From Polyangiales bacterium (GTDB lineage Bacteria; Myxococcota_A; Polyangia; Polyangiales; JAWKRM01), in NCBI GenBank assembly GCA_041389625.1, contig JAWKRM010000007.1, forward strand, positions 70,667 to 134,666: a stretch of DNA of 64,000 bases, written 5' to 3'. A program made the translations under genes and the position numbers. The notes under the pieces were generated by a model. It had not been told where the DNA came from, made no database searches, and saw only the letters and a list, made by a program, of their open reading frames with translations. Positions 1 to 10,211 of this stretch are shown here, in pieces. Position 1 is the stretch's first letter. Each line of letters opens with the position of its first letter.

Positions 1-587
1 CTCTTGAGCGTCGAGTAGATGCTCTGTGCATGCGCCAGTCGCTCGTTGGCGAGGTCACCTTCCTTGTAGACCTCTGAGAACTGGTTGACGGCCTCCCACA
101 GATCCTTTCGATTCCAAACATTCGAGCGGAAGTCGCTCATCCGCGTCGCGGCGCGTGCGTAGGCGTCCGAAAGCTCGTCGGAGTCGAGCACCATGTCGAG
201 GTGGCTGAGGACGTTGTCGATGTAGCCAACCTCTTCGAGCGCGTCGGAAAGGGGCACGATGGTGTTCGTGTAGTTTCGCGTGCCAGTGAAGCTCGTCACC
301 TCACCCAGGCGCGTCTCTGCGCGAACGATGGCCGCGTCCGCGATGGCTTCGACGTTGTCCGCGTGGATCCGGTCCCACGGCACATCGAACTTCACGCCGT
401 CGAAGATGTCGTCAACGATTCGCCGTGCGCGGCGTGCGTGGCCCATCTCGCCAAGATCGAGGCCCAGGTCGAGCGAGCGGAGGGCGCGGAGCGGGCGCGC
501 TTCCTTGACCTTCTGGGCCGTCTCGGCGAGTCCGCGCACCGTGGATGCGAGGCCGGCCTGCGACCCGACGGCCACCGAAACGGGCAT
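1..587 (-). CDS. M3-family (oligopeptidase A/Dcp-like) metallopeptidase, N-terminal part; continues beyond left edge
   Basis: Minus-strand frame is open to the window edge and is not in the ORF track because it has no stop. It reads MPVSVAVGSQAGLAS...RRIVDDIFDGVKFDVPWDRIHADNVEAIADAAIVRAETRLGEVTSFTGTRNYTNTIVPLSDALEEVGYIDNVLSHLDMVLDSDELSDAYARAATRMSDF. This resembles the N-terminal helical region of M3 peptidases. The catalytic HExxH lies outside the window, so the family call is tentative. First in-frame ATG is at 587. Confidence 0.45.
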   Translation of the reverse strand, partial: MPVSVAVGSQAGLASTVRGLAETAQKVKEARPLRALRSLDLGLDLGEMGHARRARRIVDDIFDGVKFDVPWDRIHADNVEAIADAAIVRAETRLGEVTSFTGTRNYTNTIVPLSDALEEVGYIDNVLSHLDMVLDSDELSDAYARAATRMSDFRSNVWNRKDLWEAVNQFSEVYKEGDLANERLAHAQSIYSTLK

Positions 588-941
588 CCGTGTCCCGGTC
601 GATTCGGCCCCTTTGTCGATGGAGCGCCCGAAGGCCCCGGGGTGGAGAGCCCACCGACGGCCCCGAGCCCGACGAGGGCCACGACCGTGAGGTGCTGGAG
701 GTACACTTGACCGCTTCGCTTGGTGCGCATGGGCCGGCCTCCTGTGCAAAGGTCGGACCACGGAGATTCCTCACTCATTTCAAGGAACCTGACCGCGATC
801 GTACGACCACTGCACTGACCACTTGCCGCACAGTGCTGGAAAGGGACATAGCCACCCGGGCGGAACGCGGTTGTTCCTTCCGCCACCCGCGCCGATGATG
901 GCGCCCCCCGCGCCTCGCGTGCCGGGGCCGAGCGTAGGACG

Positions 942-1661
942 ATGCCGATCGACGCCCACAGCCCGATTCTTTCGGCGGAGGGACTGACGAAGGTCTACCG
1001 CATGGGCGAAGTGGACGTGCACGCGCTGCGCGGCGTCGACGTGGCCCTCGGGGAGGGCGAGTTCGTCGTGCTGCTCGGGCCGTCGGGCAGCGGAAAGTCG
1101 ACGCTGCTCAATATTCTCGGGGGCCTCGACGTACCGACCTCGGGGCATGTCCGCTTTCGCGGCGAGGAGCTCGGCGGCGCGTCGGAACGGGAGCTGACGC
1201 GCTATCGCCGCGAGCACGTCGGGTTCGTGTTTCAGTTCTATAACCTCATCCCCAGTTTGACGGCCCGCGAGAACGTGGCGCTGGTGACCGAAATCGCGCC
1301 GCATCCCATGTCGCCCGTGGAGGCGCTCGGGCTCGTGGGGCTCGGCGAACGGCTCGACCATTTCCCCTCGCAGCTTTCGGGCGGGGAACAACAGCGCGTG
1401 GCCATCGCGCGTGCCGTGGCCAAGCGACCCTCCGTGTTGCTCTGCGACGAGCCCACGGGCGCACTCGATGCGAGCACGGGACGGCGCGTGCTCGAGGTGC
1501 TCGAGACCGTCAATCGTGAGCTTGGAACGGCCACCGCTGTCATCACCCACAACGCGCCCATCGCAGCCATGGCGGACCGCGTCGTTACCTTCGGCGACGG
1601 GCGTGTCACGGGGGAGCGCCGGAACGAGCGCCGCGCCCGCGTGGACGAGGTGAGCTGGTGA
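942..1661 (+). CDS. ABC transporter ATP-binding protein (MacB/LolD type)
   Basis: Listed ORF. Walker [10 protein letters not shown], signature [14 protein letters not shown], Walker [12 protein letters not shown]. Overlaps the downstream permease start by 4 bp. Confidence 0.9.
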   Translation: MPIDAHSPILSAEGLTKVYRMGEVDVHALRGVDVALGEGEFVVLLGPSGSGKSTLLNILGGLDVPTSGHVRFRGEELGGASERELTRYRREHVGFVFQFYNLIPSLTARENVALVTEIAPHPMSPVEALGLVGLGERLDHFPSQLSGGEQQRVAIARAVAKRPSVLLCDEPTGALDASTGRRVLEVLETVNRELGTATAVITHNAPIAAMADRVVTFGDGRVTGERRNERRARVDEVSW

Positions 1662-4021
1662 GATCGCTCGACCGCAAGCTCTGGCGCGACCTTTGGCACC
1701 TTCGGACGCAGGCGATCACCATCTCCCTCGTCGTGGGCGCGGCGGTGGCGAGCTACGTCTGCGTTTCCGCGGCGTGCGAGTCACTCCACCGGTCCCGTGA
1801 TGACTACTATGCGCGGGAGCGTTTCGCCGACGTGTTCGTCATGCTGGAGGCGGCGCCGCGGACGCTCGCGACAAAGCTCGCCTCCATCGCCGGAGTGGCA
1901 CAGGTGGCGGTCACGGCGGAAGAGCCCGTCCGCGCCCCGATGGCGTCGCTGCGGGAGCCGGCCACGGGGCGACTCATGTCCCTGCCGCCGGCCGGGCAGG
2001 CGGTGCTCAACGACATCTTCCTCACGCGGGGGCGCAGGCCGATGCCGGGGGTGGCGCGCGAAGCGGTGGTGCTCGATTCGTTCGCGACAGCCCACGGGCT
2101 TGGGCCCGGCGACACGCTCGACATCATTGTTCGCGAGCGCCTCGTCACCGTACGCATCGTCGGCACGGCCATGTCGCCCGAGTACGTGATGCTCGCGTCG
2201 AGCACGGGCGTCTCGAAGCCCGATTCGATCGTGGCCCTTTGGATGACCGAGGACGTCGTGGATGCGCTCGTGGGAAAGCGGGGCGCATTCAACCGTGCGG
2301 CCATGTCCGTGCAGCACGGGGCAAGCATCGATGCGGTCATCGCATCGGTCGATCGAGTGCTCAAACCGTATGGCGGGCGCGGCGCGACCGACCGAAGTGG
2401 GCAGCTTTCGCACCGCTACCTCGAGGCGGAAATGGGAGGACTCGAGGGGATGGCAACGGTGGTGCCGTTGATCTTCCTGGCGGTGGCGATCTTCCTGGTG
2501 AACGTCGTGATGTCGCGCATCGTGGAGCTTGAGCGGGAGCAAATCGCGGTGCTGAAGGCCCTCGGCTACGCCAACCTTCGCCTCGCGCAGCACTACCTCG
2601 CGTTGGTGCTTCTGATCACGAGCGTAGGCGCGGGCATCGGTTTGGCGGCGGGCATGTGGCTTGGCGAAGAGTTGGTCGCCCTCTACGCGAAGTACTTCCG
2701 CTTTCCCGTGTTCGAGTTCGAGGTGACGGCGGGCCACGTGTTTGTCGCACTCGGCGCGAGCGTGCTCGCCGGGGTGCTCGGCGTGCTTCAGACACTTCGT
2801 TCAGTCATGCGATTGCCGCCGGCGGAGGCGATGCGCCCTGCTGCACCGCCGGTGTATCGGCGCTCGCTCCTCGATCGGCTGCGCATCCACCGCTGGCTTG
2901 GGCAGGCCTGGCGCATGGTGCTCCGCGAAATGGAGCGACGCCCAGCGCGACTTCTGTTCTCGGCGCTTGGCATCGCGGCGGCCATTGCGATTTTGGTCGC
3001 TGGGCGCTTTTCGTTCGACGCGGTGGAGGCGCTCCTCGACGTGCAGTTCGGCGCCGCCGAACGCGGCGATGTGCAGGTGCAGTTCGTGGCCGCGCGCCCC
3101 ACGGAGGCGATTCACGCCCTTGAGCACGTTCCGGGCGTCTGGCGGGTGGAACCCATGCGCTCGACGCCGGTGCGCGTACGCGCGGGGCACCATGCTCGGA
3201 CGGTGGTGCTCACGGGACATCCCGAGCACGCGTCACTGCACCGGGTGGTGACGGCGGAGCATCGCGTCGTGCCCATGCCGTGGGATGGCGTCGTGCTCAC
3301 CACCGAGCTGGGGCGCATTCTCGGTGTGGAGCCCGGCGACGACGTGGACCTCGAGTTCATCGAAAGCCCGGGGCGCCGAACGACGGTGCGCGTTGCTGGG
3401 TTTGCGGATGAGTTGTTCGGTCTCTCGGTGCACGCACGCATGGCAAAGGTCGAAGCGCTCATGGGCACCGCGCCGCTCGTCACAGGCGCATCGCTCGCGG
3501 TGGATGGACGTATGTTGGACGAAGTGTGCGAACGCATCGGGGCCATGCCGGGCGTCGCGTCGGTTGCCACACGGCGCTCTGCGCTTGCGCTCTTCGAAGA
3601 ACAAACGGGCGAGAACATGCGCACCATGACGTTCGTCATCGTCATCTTCGCGTCGATCATTGCCATCGGTGTCGTCTACAACAACGCGCGGGTTTCGCTT
3701 TCGACACGCAGTCGAGAGCTTGCGAGTCTTCGTGTGCTCGGCTTCACCCGCGCGGAGATTTCGCGGATCTTGCTCGGCGAAATCTTCCTCCAGGCGGCGC
3801 TCGGGGTGCTTCCCGGCCTCGCCTTTGGGCGAGTGCTCGCCGAAGGGATCGCCGCCGGCGCAGACGCGGAGAGCTTCCGCTTCCCGTTGGTGATTTCCTC
3901 CGAAACGTATGCCTTTGCGGTGCTCGTTGCGGCGATGTCGACGGTCGTGAGCGCGCTCATCGTGCGCCGGCGCATCGATCATTTGGACCTCATTGGCGTC
4001 CTCAAAACTCGAGGTGGATAG
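1658..4021 (+). CDS. ABC transporter permease, double FtsX/MacB-type
   Basis: GTG start overlaps the upstream stop (GTGA). 787 aa with hydrophobic helix clusters at the N-terminus, the middle and the C-terminus, separated by large soluble loops, as in FtsX-family permeases. Confidence 0.85.
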   Translation: MRSLDRKLWRDLWHLRTQAITISLVVGAAVASYVCVSAACESLHRSRDDYYARERFADVFVMLEAAPRTLATKLASIAGVAQVAVTAEEPVRAPMASLREPATGRLMSLPPAGQAVLNDIFLTRGRRPMPGVAREAVVLDSFATAHGLGPGDTLDIIVRERLVTVRIVGTAMSPEYVMLASSTGVSKPDSIVALWMTEDVVDALVGKRGAFNRAAMSVQHGASIDAVIASVDRVLKPYGGRGATDRSGQLSHRYLEAEMGGLEGMATVVPLIFLAVAIFLVNVVMSRIVELEREQIAVLKALGYANLRLAQHYLALVLLITSVGAGIGLAAGMWLGEELVALYAKYFRFPVFEFEVTAGHVFVALGASVLAGVLGVLQTLRSVMRLPPAEAMRPAAPPVYRRSLLDRLRIHRWLGQAWRMVLREMERRPARLLFSALGIAAAIAILVAGRFSFDAVEALLDVQFGAAERGDVQVQFVAARPTEAIHALEHVPGVWRVEPMRSTPVRVRAGHHARTVVLTGHPEHASLHRVVTAEHRVVPMPWDGVVLTTELGRILGVEPGDDVDLEFIESPGRRTTVRVAGFADELFGLSVHARMAKVEALMGTAPLVTGASLAVDGRMLDEVCERIGAMPGVASVATRRSALALFEEQTGENMRTMTFVIVIFASIIAIGVVYNNARVSLSTRSRELASLRVLGFTRAEISRILLGEIFLQAALGVLPGLAFGRVLAEGIAAGADAESFRFPLVISSETYAFAVLVAAMSTVVSALIVRRRIDHLDLIGVLKTRGG

Positions 4022-4023
4022 AG

Positions 4024-5262
4024 ATGCAGAAGGAACCCAAACGAGACGAACACCATGACCCGCGCGTTTGGCTCAAACGGGGCGCGGTGGCGGCCCTGTG
4101 TGTCGCCGTGGCGGTTGCCTTCGCGCTTGCGTGGATGCCAAAGCGTGTTCGTGTGGACGCCGTGCGCGCTTCCCGCGGAGAACTCGAATCGACCGTCTCG
4201 GAGGTGGGGCGTGCGCGGGTCAAGGACCGCTTCGTGGTCTCGGCGCCCATTGCAGGTCGTCTCGCCCGAATCGAGCTGCACGCGGGAGACGTGGTCAAGA
4301 AGGGGACGGTGCTCGCACGCGTGCTTCCGGTGTCGGCGCCGCTCCTCGACCCGAGGAGTCGCGCGCAGGCGGAGGCGCAGGTCGCCGTCGCGAAGGCCGC
4401 CGTTTCACAGGCCAAGGCCGGCGTCGCGCGCGCGGAGGCGTCGAAGGCCTACGCTTCGAAGGAAGCCGATCGCCTGTCGAAGCTTGCGGCGCAGAAAGCC
4501 GTGGCGTCCGAGGCCGTGGAGCGTGCGGAGCTCGAGGCCCGGACCGCCACTGAGGCCCTCACGTCGGCGGTGTTCGGTGTTCGTGTGGCCGAGCACGAAC
4601 TGGCCATGGCGAACGCGGCCCTCGGTCGCCTCGCGGGCGGCGGCGCCGCCGATCAATTCATCATCGAGTCGCCGGTGGACGGACAAGTGCTTCGTATCCT
4701 TGAGGAGAACGAAGGCGTGGTGCAGCCCGGTCACCCCCTCCTCGAGGTTGGCGATCCCGCGGCGCTTGAGGTCGTGGTCGACGTGCTCACCTCGGATGCG
4801 GTTCGCATCCACGCGGGGCAGCACGCGCGGCTTCGCGATTGGGGTGGCGCTCCCCTTGAGGGGCGCGTGCGCACGGTCGAACCGTCCGCGTTCACCAAAC
4901 CCTCCGCGCTCGGCGTCGAAGAGCAGCGTGTGAACGTCGTGCTCGATCTGCATTCACCGCGCGAGATTTGGGCGACCCTGGGCGACGGCTACCGTGTGGA
5001 GGTGGAGATCGTGGTCTGGTCGGCGCACGGCGTGATTCGCATCCCGTCGACAGCGGTGTTTCCGCGCGAGGATGGGTGGGCGGTGTTCGTCGTGCGGGAC
5101 GGGGTCGCGGAGACCGAACGCGTCACACTGGGCGAGCGGGGCACCGAACTCGTGGAAGTGAAGCAGGGCATTCGGGAGGGCGACCGCGTGATCGATCACC
5201 CCAGCGAGCAGATCGAAGCGGGTACGCGCGTCTCGTCAGTTAACCGACAGGAGTCGCGTTAG
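4024..5262 (+). CDS. HlyD-family periplasmic adaptor (membrane fusion protein)
   Basis: Internal ATG of listed ORF 3526..5262, 3 nt after the permease stop. Single TM (GAVAALCVAVAVAFALAW), lipoyl-like hairpin SAPIAGRLARIELHAGDVVKKGTVLARV, long Ala/Glu coiled coil, beta-barrel-like C-terminus. Confidence 0.85.
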   Translation: MQKEPKRDEHHDPRVWLKRGAVAALCVAVAVAFALAWMPKRVRVDAVRASRGELESTVSEVGRARVKDRFVVSAPIAGRLARIELHAGDVVKKGTVLARVLPVSAPLLDPRSRAQAEAQVAVAKAAVSQAKAGVARAEASKAYASKEADRLSKLAAQKAVASEAVERAELEARTATEALTSAVFGVRVAEHELAMANAALGRLAGGGAADQFIIESPVDGQVLRILEENEGVVQPGHPLLEVGDPAALEVVVDVLTSDAVRIHAGQHARLRDWGGAPLEGRVRTVEPSAFTKPSALGVEEQRVNVVLDLHSPREIWATLGDGYRVEVEIVVWSAHGVIRIPSTAVFPREDGWAVFVVRDGVAETERVTLGERGTELVEVKQGIREGDRVIDHPSEQIEAGTRVSSVNRQESR

Positions 5263-5670
5263 GCGGAGCATCGTCGGCGCGTTCGCAAGCGCTCCGAAGA
5301 CACGGATCTTGCCCTCCCGTGAGGCCTTGGCGATTTCGCGCGTCACGGGGCCCCGCGGGTCCGGAAGACCCACGCGCGGCAGGAGCTCGATGAGGGACAT
5401 GCGCGTGATTTCGTCGCTCGACGCGCGAATGGTGAGATCGGGGATCCCGACGATGCCGTTGTGCACGTCGACGCCCGCGCCGCGGCAGTCGAGGGTGATG
5501 GCGACGCGCGCGTCTTCCACCACGATGGCGACGCGTCCCCGGAGACGCGCGAGGTCGCGAGCCTTCTCCGGGTGGTCGATGACGTTCTGCTTCACGAGTT
5601 CCGATATCATCACGGCGAAGCCGTTCTGATCGGCGCCCGGCGCGAGCTCCACGGATCGAAGTCCCGACAT
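5236..5670 (-). CDS. SCP2 sterol-binding-domain protein
   Basis: Listed 144-aa ORF. SCP2-like pattern: RVAIVVEDARVAITLDCRG...DLTIRASSDEITRMSL...GKIRVFGALANAPTMLRLTRLL. Confidence 0.7.
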   Translation of the reverse strand: MSGLRSVELAPGADQNGFAVMISELVKQNVIDHPEKARDLARLRGRVAIVVEDARVAITLDCRGAGVDVHNGIVGIPDLTIRASSDEITRMSLIELLPRVGLPDPRGPVTREIAKASREGKIRVFGALANAPTMLRLTRLLSVN

Positions 5671-5681
5671 GGCGTGCTCCC

Positions 5682-6113
5682 TCAGGCCTCGTCGACGAAC
5701 TTGGTGGGAACCTTGCTCGCACTCACCACGAGTTGCCTCGACGATTCGACGAACCGCAGCATCGTCGGCAGGTGACCCTTGGTGAGCTTAAGCTTGCCCT
5801 GCATCATGCCCTGGATGGGATCGACGCTGCCGTTGATCACTTCTTTCCAGCGCTCGTAAGGCGCCACAATGATGAACGGCGCGCTCTCCACCGCGGCGAG
5901 GCCGTGCACGAACGTGGTGCCGCGGCACTGCCCGCCTTCGACGTCGAGGATCATGCCCGCGTCGTCCTCGAGACCCTTGGACGGGTCCTTCGACACCACA
6001 AAGGCCACGGGCCCAAAGGTCCACTCTTTCCCCGCCACGCGGTAACGCTCGTTGGCGTTCACGGCGTCTTTGTAGGCGTGGGTCCACTCTTCGGAAGGAA
6101 ACGGAAAGGTCAT
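5682..6113 (-). CDS. SCP2 sterol-binding-domain protein
   Basis: Listed 143-aa ORF. C-terminal VDPIQGMMQGKLKLTKGHLPTMLRF matches the SCP2 GKLK.G motif. Lies in tandem with the previous SCP2 gene. Confidence 0.75.
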   Translation of the reverse strand: MTFPFPSEEWTHAYKDAVNANERYRVAGKEWTFGPVAFVVSKDPSKGLEDDAGMILDVEGGQCRGTTFVHGLAAVESAPFIIVAPYERWKEVINGSVDPIQGMMQGKLKLTKGHLPTMLRFVESSRQLVVSASKVPTKFVDEA

Positions 6114-6229
6114 CGGAATACCTCGCGGGGCGAGAACGGAACGTGGGAGCGCCCGCGGTTTGGACCGGGGCGCGGCGGAGGTTAGGGTGAACCCCCCTCG
6201 GGTGCAATCCGCCCAGGGAGCGCACCCGG

Positions 6230-7000
6230 ATGTGGATTCAATCGGCGTTACTTGAGCGGCACGGCTTTCGGCACGCGTTCACCGATCGCACCGGCGGCGT
6301 GAGCGCAGCACCATTCGATTCGTTGAACCTCGCTCGCAATGTTGGCGATGACGCGGAGGCCGTCGAGGCCAATCACCGACGTGTTGTCGCCGCACTCGGC
6401 GTCGCGCCGGCGCCGCTTCACGAAGTGAGCCAAGTGCACGGCACGCGCGTGCGGGAGCTTCGGTCGGGTGAGGATGCGCGTCGAGTGCGCGCGGAAGAGG
6501 CGGACGCACTCATCGCTCGAGATGGCCAGGCCGTGGCGGTCCGCGTGGCCGACTGTGTGCCGGTGCTTGTGGCCGACAGGACGACGGGCGCCGTCGCCGC
6601 GGTGCACGCCGGCTGGCGAGGCACGGCGGATGGGGTGCTCCCCGCCGCGGTGCATGCCCTCGCCCCCGTATCGCCGAGTGACCTGCTCGTCGCCCTCGGC
6701 CCGCACATTCGGCCGGCGGCCTTCGAGGTGGGGGGCGAGGTGATCGAACGGCTCCGTGCGGCGGCGCCCGGGACCGACCCGGAGGTGCGGGGGCACGCCA
6801 AGCCGCATGCGGACCTCGCCGTCGTCCTTCGGGCGCAACTCGCGGCACTCGGGGTGCCGGAATCGAACGTGGAGGACGTGGGTGGCTGCACCTTTGCCGA
6901 GGCGGAACGCTTCTTTTCCTTCCGGCGCGATGGAAAGCTGTCCGGGCGCCAGGCGGGGGTGATCGTCGCCCGGTCGCTTGGGCGCGCCGCCCTTCCGTGA
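6230..7000 (+). CDS. pgeF: YfiH/PgeF-family (DUF152, polyphenol-oxidase-like) peptidoglycan editing factor
   Basis: Motifs HAFTDRTGGVS, ADCVPVLV, VHAGWRGT; 256 aa. Confidence 0.85.
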   Translation: MWIQSALLERHGFRHAFTDRTGGVSAAPFDSLNLARNVGDDAEAVEANHRRVVAALGVAPAPLHEVSQVHGTRVRELRSGEDARRVRAEEADALIARDGQAVAVRVADCVPVLVADRTTGAVAAVHAGWRGTADGVLPAAVHALAPVSPSDLLVALGPHIRPAAFEVGGEVIERLRAAAPGTDPEVRGHAKPHADLAVVLRAQLAALGVPESNVEDVGGCTFAEAERFFSFRRDGKLSGRQAGVIVARSLGRAALP

Positions 7001-7012
7001 TAGGCAGGCGCC

Positions 7013-7852
7013 GTGAGCTGGTTTGAAAAAGGCAAGAGCGAGCTCGACGCGAGCCAGAAGCGCACCATCGGGGAAGGCGTCTTTCGGCGTTGCGATCAGT
7101 GCAACGAAACCATGCCGACGGAGGACTTCCTCCGAAACCTCGAGGTCTGCCCGAACTGCGGCTTTCACTACCGGCTAAGCGGCGAACAGTGGCTCGCGCT
7201 CCTCGTCGACGAGGAATCCTTCGTGGAGTGCGACGCGGGGATCACCGCCGCCGACCCGCTCGGTTTCGTCGACGCAAAGCCCTACGGCGTGCGCCTCGAA
7301 GGGGCGATGAAGCAGACGGGGCTCGAGGACGCCATGCTCGAGGGGGAGGCGCGCATCGAGGGGCGCCCCGTGCAGTTCGGCGAATTCATGTTTCGCTTCA
7401 TGGGCGGTTCCATGGGTGCCGTCGTGGGCGAGCGCATCACGCGCATGTTCGAGCGTGGCGCCGAGAAGAAGCAGCCGGTGATTCTGCTGACGTCTTCCGG
7501 TGGAGCCCGCATGCAGGAAGGCGCGCTTTCGCTCATGCAGATGGCGAAGACCGTGTCGGCGCTTCGCAAGCTTCGCGAGGCCGGGGTGCCGTTCCTGAGC
7601 ATTCTCCTCAATCCGACGACGGGTGGCGTGGCGGCCTCCTTCGCGTTCCTCGGCGACGTCAACATCGCCGAGCCCAACGCGCTCATCGGCTTCGCCGGAC
7701 CCCGCGTCATCGAAACGACCATTCGGCAGAGCCTGCCGCCCGGCTTTCAGAAATCCGAGTTCCTGCTCGAGCATGGAATGATCGATCTCATCGTTCCGCG
7801 GTCCGAGATGCGCGCGACAATCGCGCGCGTGCTCAGCCACTTGATGGACTAG
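7013..7852 (+). CDS. accD: acetyl-CoA carboxylase carboxyltransferase subunit beta
   Basis: N-terminal zinc ribbon CDQC...CPNCG, then carboxyltransferase core (GGSMG, SGGARMQEG). Confidence 0.93.
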   Translation: MSWFEKGKSELDASQKRTIGEGVFRRCDQCNETMPTEDFLRNLEVCPNCGFHYRLSGEQWLALLVDEESFVECDAGITAADPLGFVDAKPYGVRLEGAMKQTGLEDAMLEGEARIEGRPVQFGEFMFRFMGGSMGAVVGERITRMFERGAEKKQPVILLTSSGGARMQEGALSLMQMAKTVSALRKLREAGVPFLSILLNPTTGGVAASFAFLGDVNIAEPNALIGFAGPRVIETTIRQSLPPGFQKSEFLLEHGMIDLIVPRSEMRATIARVLSHLMD

Positions 7853-7864
7853 GCGCCGCTTCGC

Positions 7865-9133
7865 ATGCGCTACGACGCCGCGCTCAAGTACGTCTACGCG
7901 CTCGAACGGCGCGGCATCAAGCTTGAGCTTGATTCCCTCGGGCGTGGGCTTGGTCGCCTGGGGCACCCGGAGCGACACCTTCGCTTCGTGCACGTCGCCG
8001 GAACGAATGGGAAGGGCAGCGTTTCCGCCATGGTGGCTTCGTGCCTCCGCGCGGCGGGGTTTCGCACGGGCCTTTTCACGTCGCCACACCTGCACCGCTG
8101 GGTCGAGCGCATCCAAATCAACGGCAGACCGCTCTCGAAAACCGCGGCCGCTGCGGCGATCTCGGAGGTGGCCGAGGCCTTTGACGCCCCGCGCGCGCCG
8201 GTGCTTTCGTTCTTCGAGACCACGTTTGCTGCGGCCCTCGTCGCCTTTCGCAATGCGGAGACGGACATCGTGGTCCTCGAGACGGGGCTTGGTGGGCGGC
8301 TCGATGCGACGAACGTTGTCGTGCCGGAGGTTTCCGTCATCACGGGCGTCGCCCTCGATCACCAGCGCTACCTCGGCCCAACCCTCGCGCGCATCGCGCT
8401 TGAGAAGGCGGGCATCTTGAAGCGCGGCGTGCCGGCCATCTCGGGCGTTCGCGATCGTTCCGCACGTGCGGTGGTGCGCACGGAGGCCAAGCGCCGGAGG
8501 TGCCCGCTCAAGGAACTCGACAGCGACTTCGGCGCCGACGGAATCGCGGACCTGTGGTGTGGCGCGCATACGTTGACCGACGTCGAACTGGGGCTTCCGG
8601 GCGAGCACCAACACTCGAACGCGGCGCTCGCCTACGCCACGCTCCTCGAACTCCGTGCGCACGGTTTCGATGTTCCAGACCGCGCGATTCGCCACGGCCT
8701 TCGGGCGGTCCGCTGGCCCTGTCGCCTGGAATGGCTCGAAGGGCGCCCGCGCGTGCTCCTCGACGCGGCGCATAACCCCGAGGGCGCCCGTGCACTCGCG
8801 AAGTACCTGGGTGAGCACCGTGCGCCCGGCCCCGTGGTGATGCTCTTCGGCGCCTCGGGGGACAAGGATACAAACAGCATGGTGCGCGCGCTCAAACCCC
8901 GGGCCGATGCCATGATCTTTGTCGAGCCGCCCATCGCGCATTCGAAGGATGCGGGCGCACTCGCGTCGCGTCACGGTGGGGAGCGAGCGCATTCCGTGCG
9001 CGACGCCCTCGCCCGTGCGCGTCGTCGAGCGGGCGCCAAGGGAACGATCGTCGTCGCGGGCTCCATCTTCCTCGTCGGTGCCGTCCGCGCGATGTTGCTC
9101 GGCCTCCCCGAGGACCCGCCCATCCGCATGTAG
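7865..9133 (+). CDS. folC: bifunctional folylpolyglutamate synthase/dihydrofolate synthase
   Basis: Mur-ligase P-loop VAGTNGKGS; 422 aa; directly follows accD, a widely conserved pairing. Confidence 0.9.
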   Translation: MRYDAALKYVYALERRGIKLELDSLGRGLGRLGHPERHLRFVHVAGTNGKGSVSAMVASCLRAAGFRTGLFTSPHLHRWVERIQINGRPLSKTAAAAAISEVAEAFDAPRAPVLSFFETTFAAALVAFRNAETDIVVLETGLGGRLDATNVVVPEVSVITGVALDHQRYLGPTLARIALEKAGILKRGVPAISGVRDRSARAVVRTEAKRRRCPLKELDSDFGADGIADLWCGAHTLTDVELGLPGEHQHSNAALAYATLLELRAHGFDVPDRAIRHGLRAVRWPCRLEWLEGRPRVLLDAAHNPEGARALAKYLGEHRAPGPVVMLFGASGDKDTNSMVRALKPRADAMIFVEPPIAHSKDAGALASRHGGERAHSVRDALARARRRAGAKGTIVVAGSIFLVGAVRAMLLGLPEDPPIRM

Positions 9134-9134
9134 G

Positions 9135-9168
9135 GTGGAACTTGCTCCAAGGGGGCGTGGAACCTGCT
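9135..9168. repeat. direct repeat GTGGAAC(T/C)TGCT x2, start-to-start spacing 22 bp, in the folC-hemE spacer
   Basis: gtggaacttgct at 9135-9146 and gtggaacctgct at 9157-9168, 11 of 12 identical. Located 15 bp upstream of the hemE ATG. Confidence 0.6.
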
Positions 9169-9182
9169 AACGTGACCGCCGC

Positions 9183-10205
9183 ATGAGCGCATTTCTCGAC
9201 GCCTGCGCACGCAAACCCACGTCGCACACGCCGGTCTGGCTGATGCGCCAGGCGGGGCGCTACCAACCTGAGTACCGCGCGATTCGCGAACGGGTGAGCT
9301 TCATCGAGCTCTGCAAGAACTCGGACCTCGCCGCCGAGGTGACGTGCCTCCCGGTGACGCAGCTTGGTGTGGACGCGGCCATCCTCTTCGCGGACATCCT
9401 GCTTGTGCTTGAGCCCCTCGGCATCGGCTTTGAGTTTTCGAAGGACGACGGCCCGAGGATCCTCGAGCCCGTCCGCGCCGCGGGCGACGTGGACCGCGTG
9501 AACACCTCCATCGATGCCGAGGAGTCGCTCGGCTACGTGCTCGACACCGTACGAAAGACCAAGCGGGCGCTTCCCAGCGGCACGCCACTCATCGGATTTG
9601 CGGGCGCGCCGTTCACCCTCGCGTCCTACGTCATCGAAGGCGGGGGTTCGAAGAACTACCACGCGACCAAGCGCCTGATGTGGGGTGACCCGGCCGCGTT
9701 TTCCGAGCTCATGGCGCGCCTCACCACGGCGGTGGGCGCGTACTTGAACGCCCAGATCCGCGCGGGCGTGGATGCGATTCAAGTGTTCGACTCGTGGATC
9801 GGCTGTCTCTCCGAGCGCGACTATCGCGCCCACGTGGCGCCGCACATGGCGAAGCTCTTTCGGTCCCTCGACGGGTCCGTGCCGCACATCCACTTTGGTA
9901 CCGGGAATCCGAATCTCTACCCCGCCATGCGTGAGGCGGGGGGCAGCGTCATCGGCCTCGATTGGCGTGCCGATCTTCGACGTACATGGGAGACGCTCGG
10001 CGACGTGGCCGTCCAGGGAAACCTCGACTCGGCGGCGGTCCTCGCGCCCCGCGAAGCCATGGTTCGCGAGATCGATGCCGTGCTCGCGTCCGCGGCGGGT
10101 CGACCCGGCCACATCTTCAACCTTGGCCACGGGCTCATGCCCGAGGCGAACGTCGACCAGGTCCGCGCGCTCGTCGATCACGTGCACGCCGCCACGGCGA
10201 AGTAG
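9183..10205 (+). CDS. hemE: uroporphyrinogen decarboxylase
   Basis: N-terminal PVWLMRQAGRY motif; 340 aa. Confidence 0.93.
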   Translation: MSAFLDACARKPTSHTPVWLMRQAGRYQPEYRAIRERVSFIELCKNSDLAAEVTCLPVTQLGVDAAILFADILLVLEPLGIGFEFSKDDGPRILEPVRAAGDVDRVNTSIDAEESLGYVLDTVRKTKRALPSGTPLIGFAGAPFTLASYVIEGGGSKNYHATKRLMWGDPAAFSELMARLTTAVGAYLNAQIRAGVDAIQVFDSWIGCLSERDYRAHVAPHMAKLFRSLDGSVPHIHFGTGNPNLYPAMREAGGSVIGLDWRADLRRTWETLGDVAVQGNLDSAAVLAPREAMVREIDAVLASAAGRPGHIFNLGHGLMPEANVDQVRALVDHVHAATAK

Positions 10206-10211
10206 GCGGTC

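Noticed and set aside
3526-4023. N-terminal 166-codon extension of the HlyD ORF
   Set aside because: It overlaps the 3' end of the permease gene in another frame and is Arg-rich. ATG 4024 gives a normal adaptor N-terminus.
7175-8992. 605-aa minus-strand ORF spanning accD and folC
   Set aside because: Arg/His/Glu-rich nonsense composition. It lies exactly antisense to two motif-verified genes, a typical GC-rich shadow ORF.
9135-9168. Direct repeat upstream of hemE as a sigma54 (-24/-12) promoter
   Set aside because: The TGGAAC and TTGCT elements are contiguous rather than separated by the ~4-5 nt required for the GG-N10-GC spacing.
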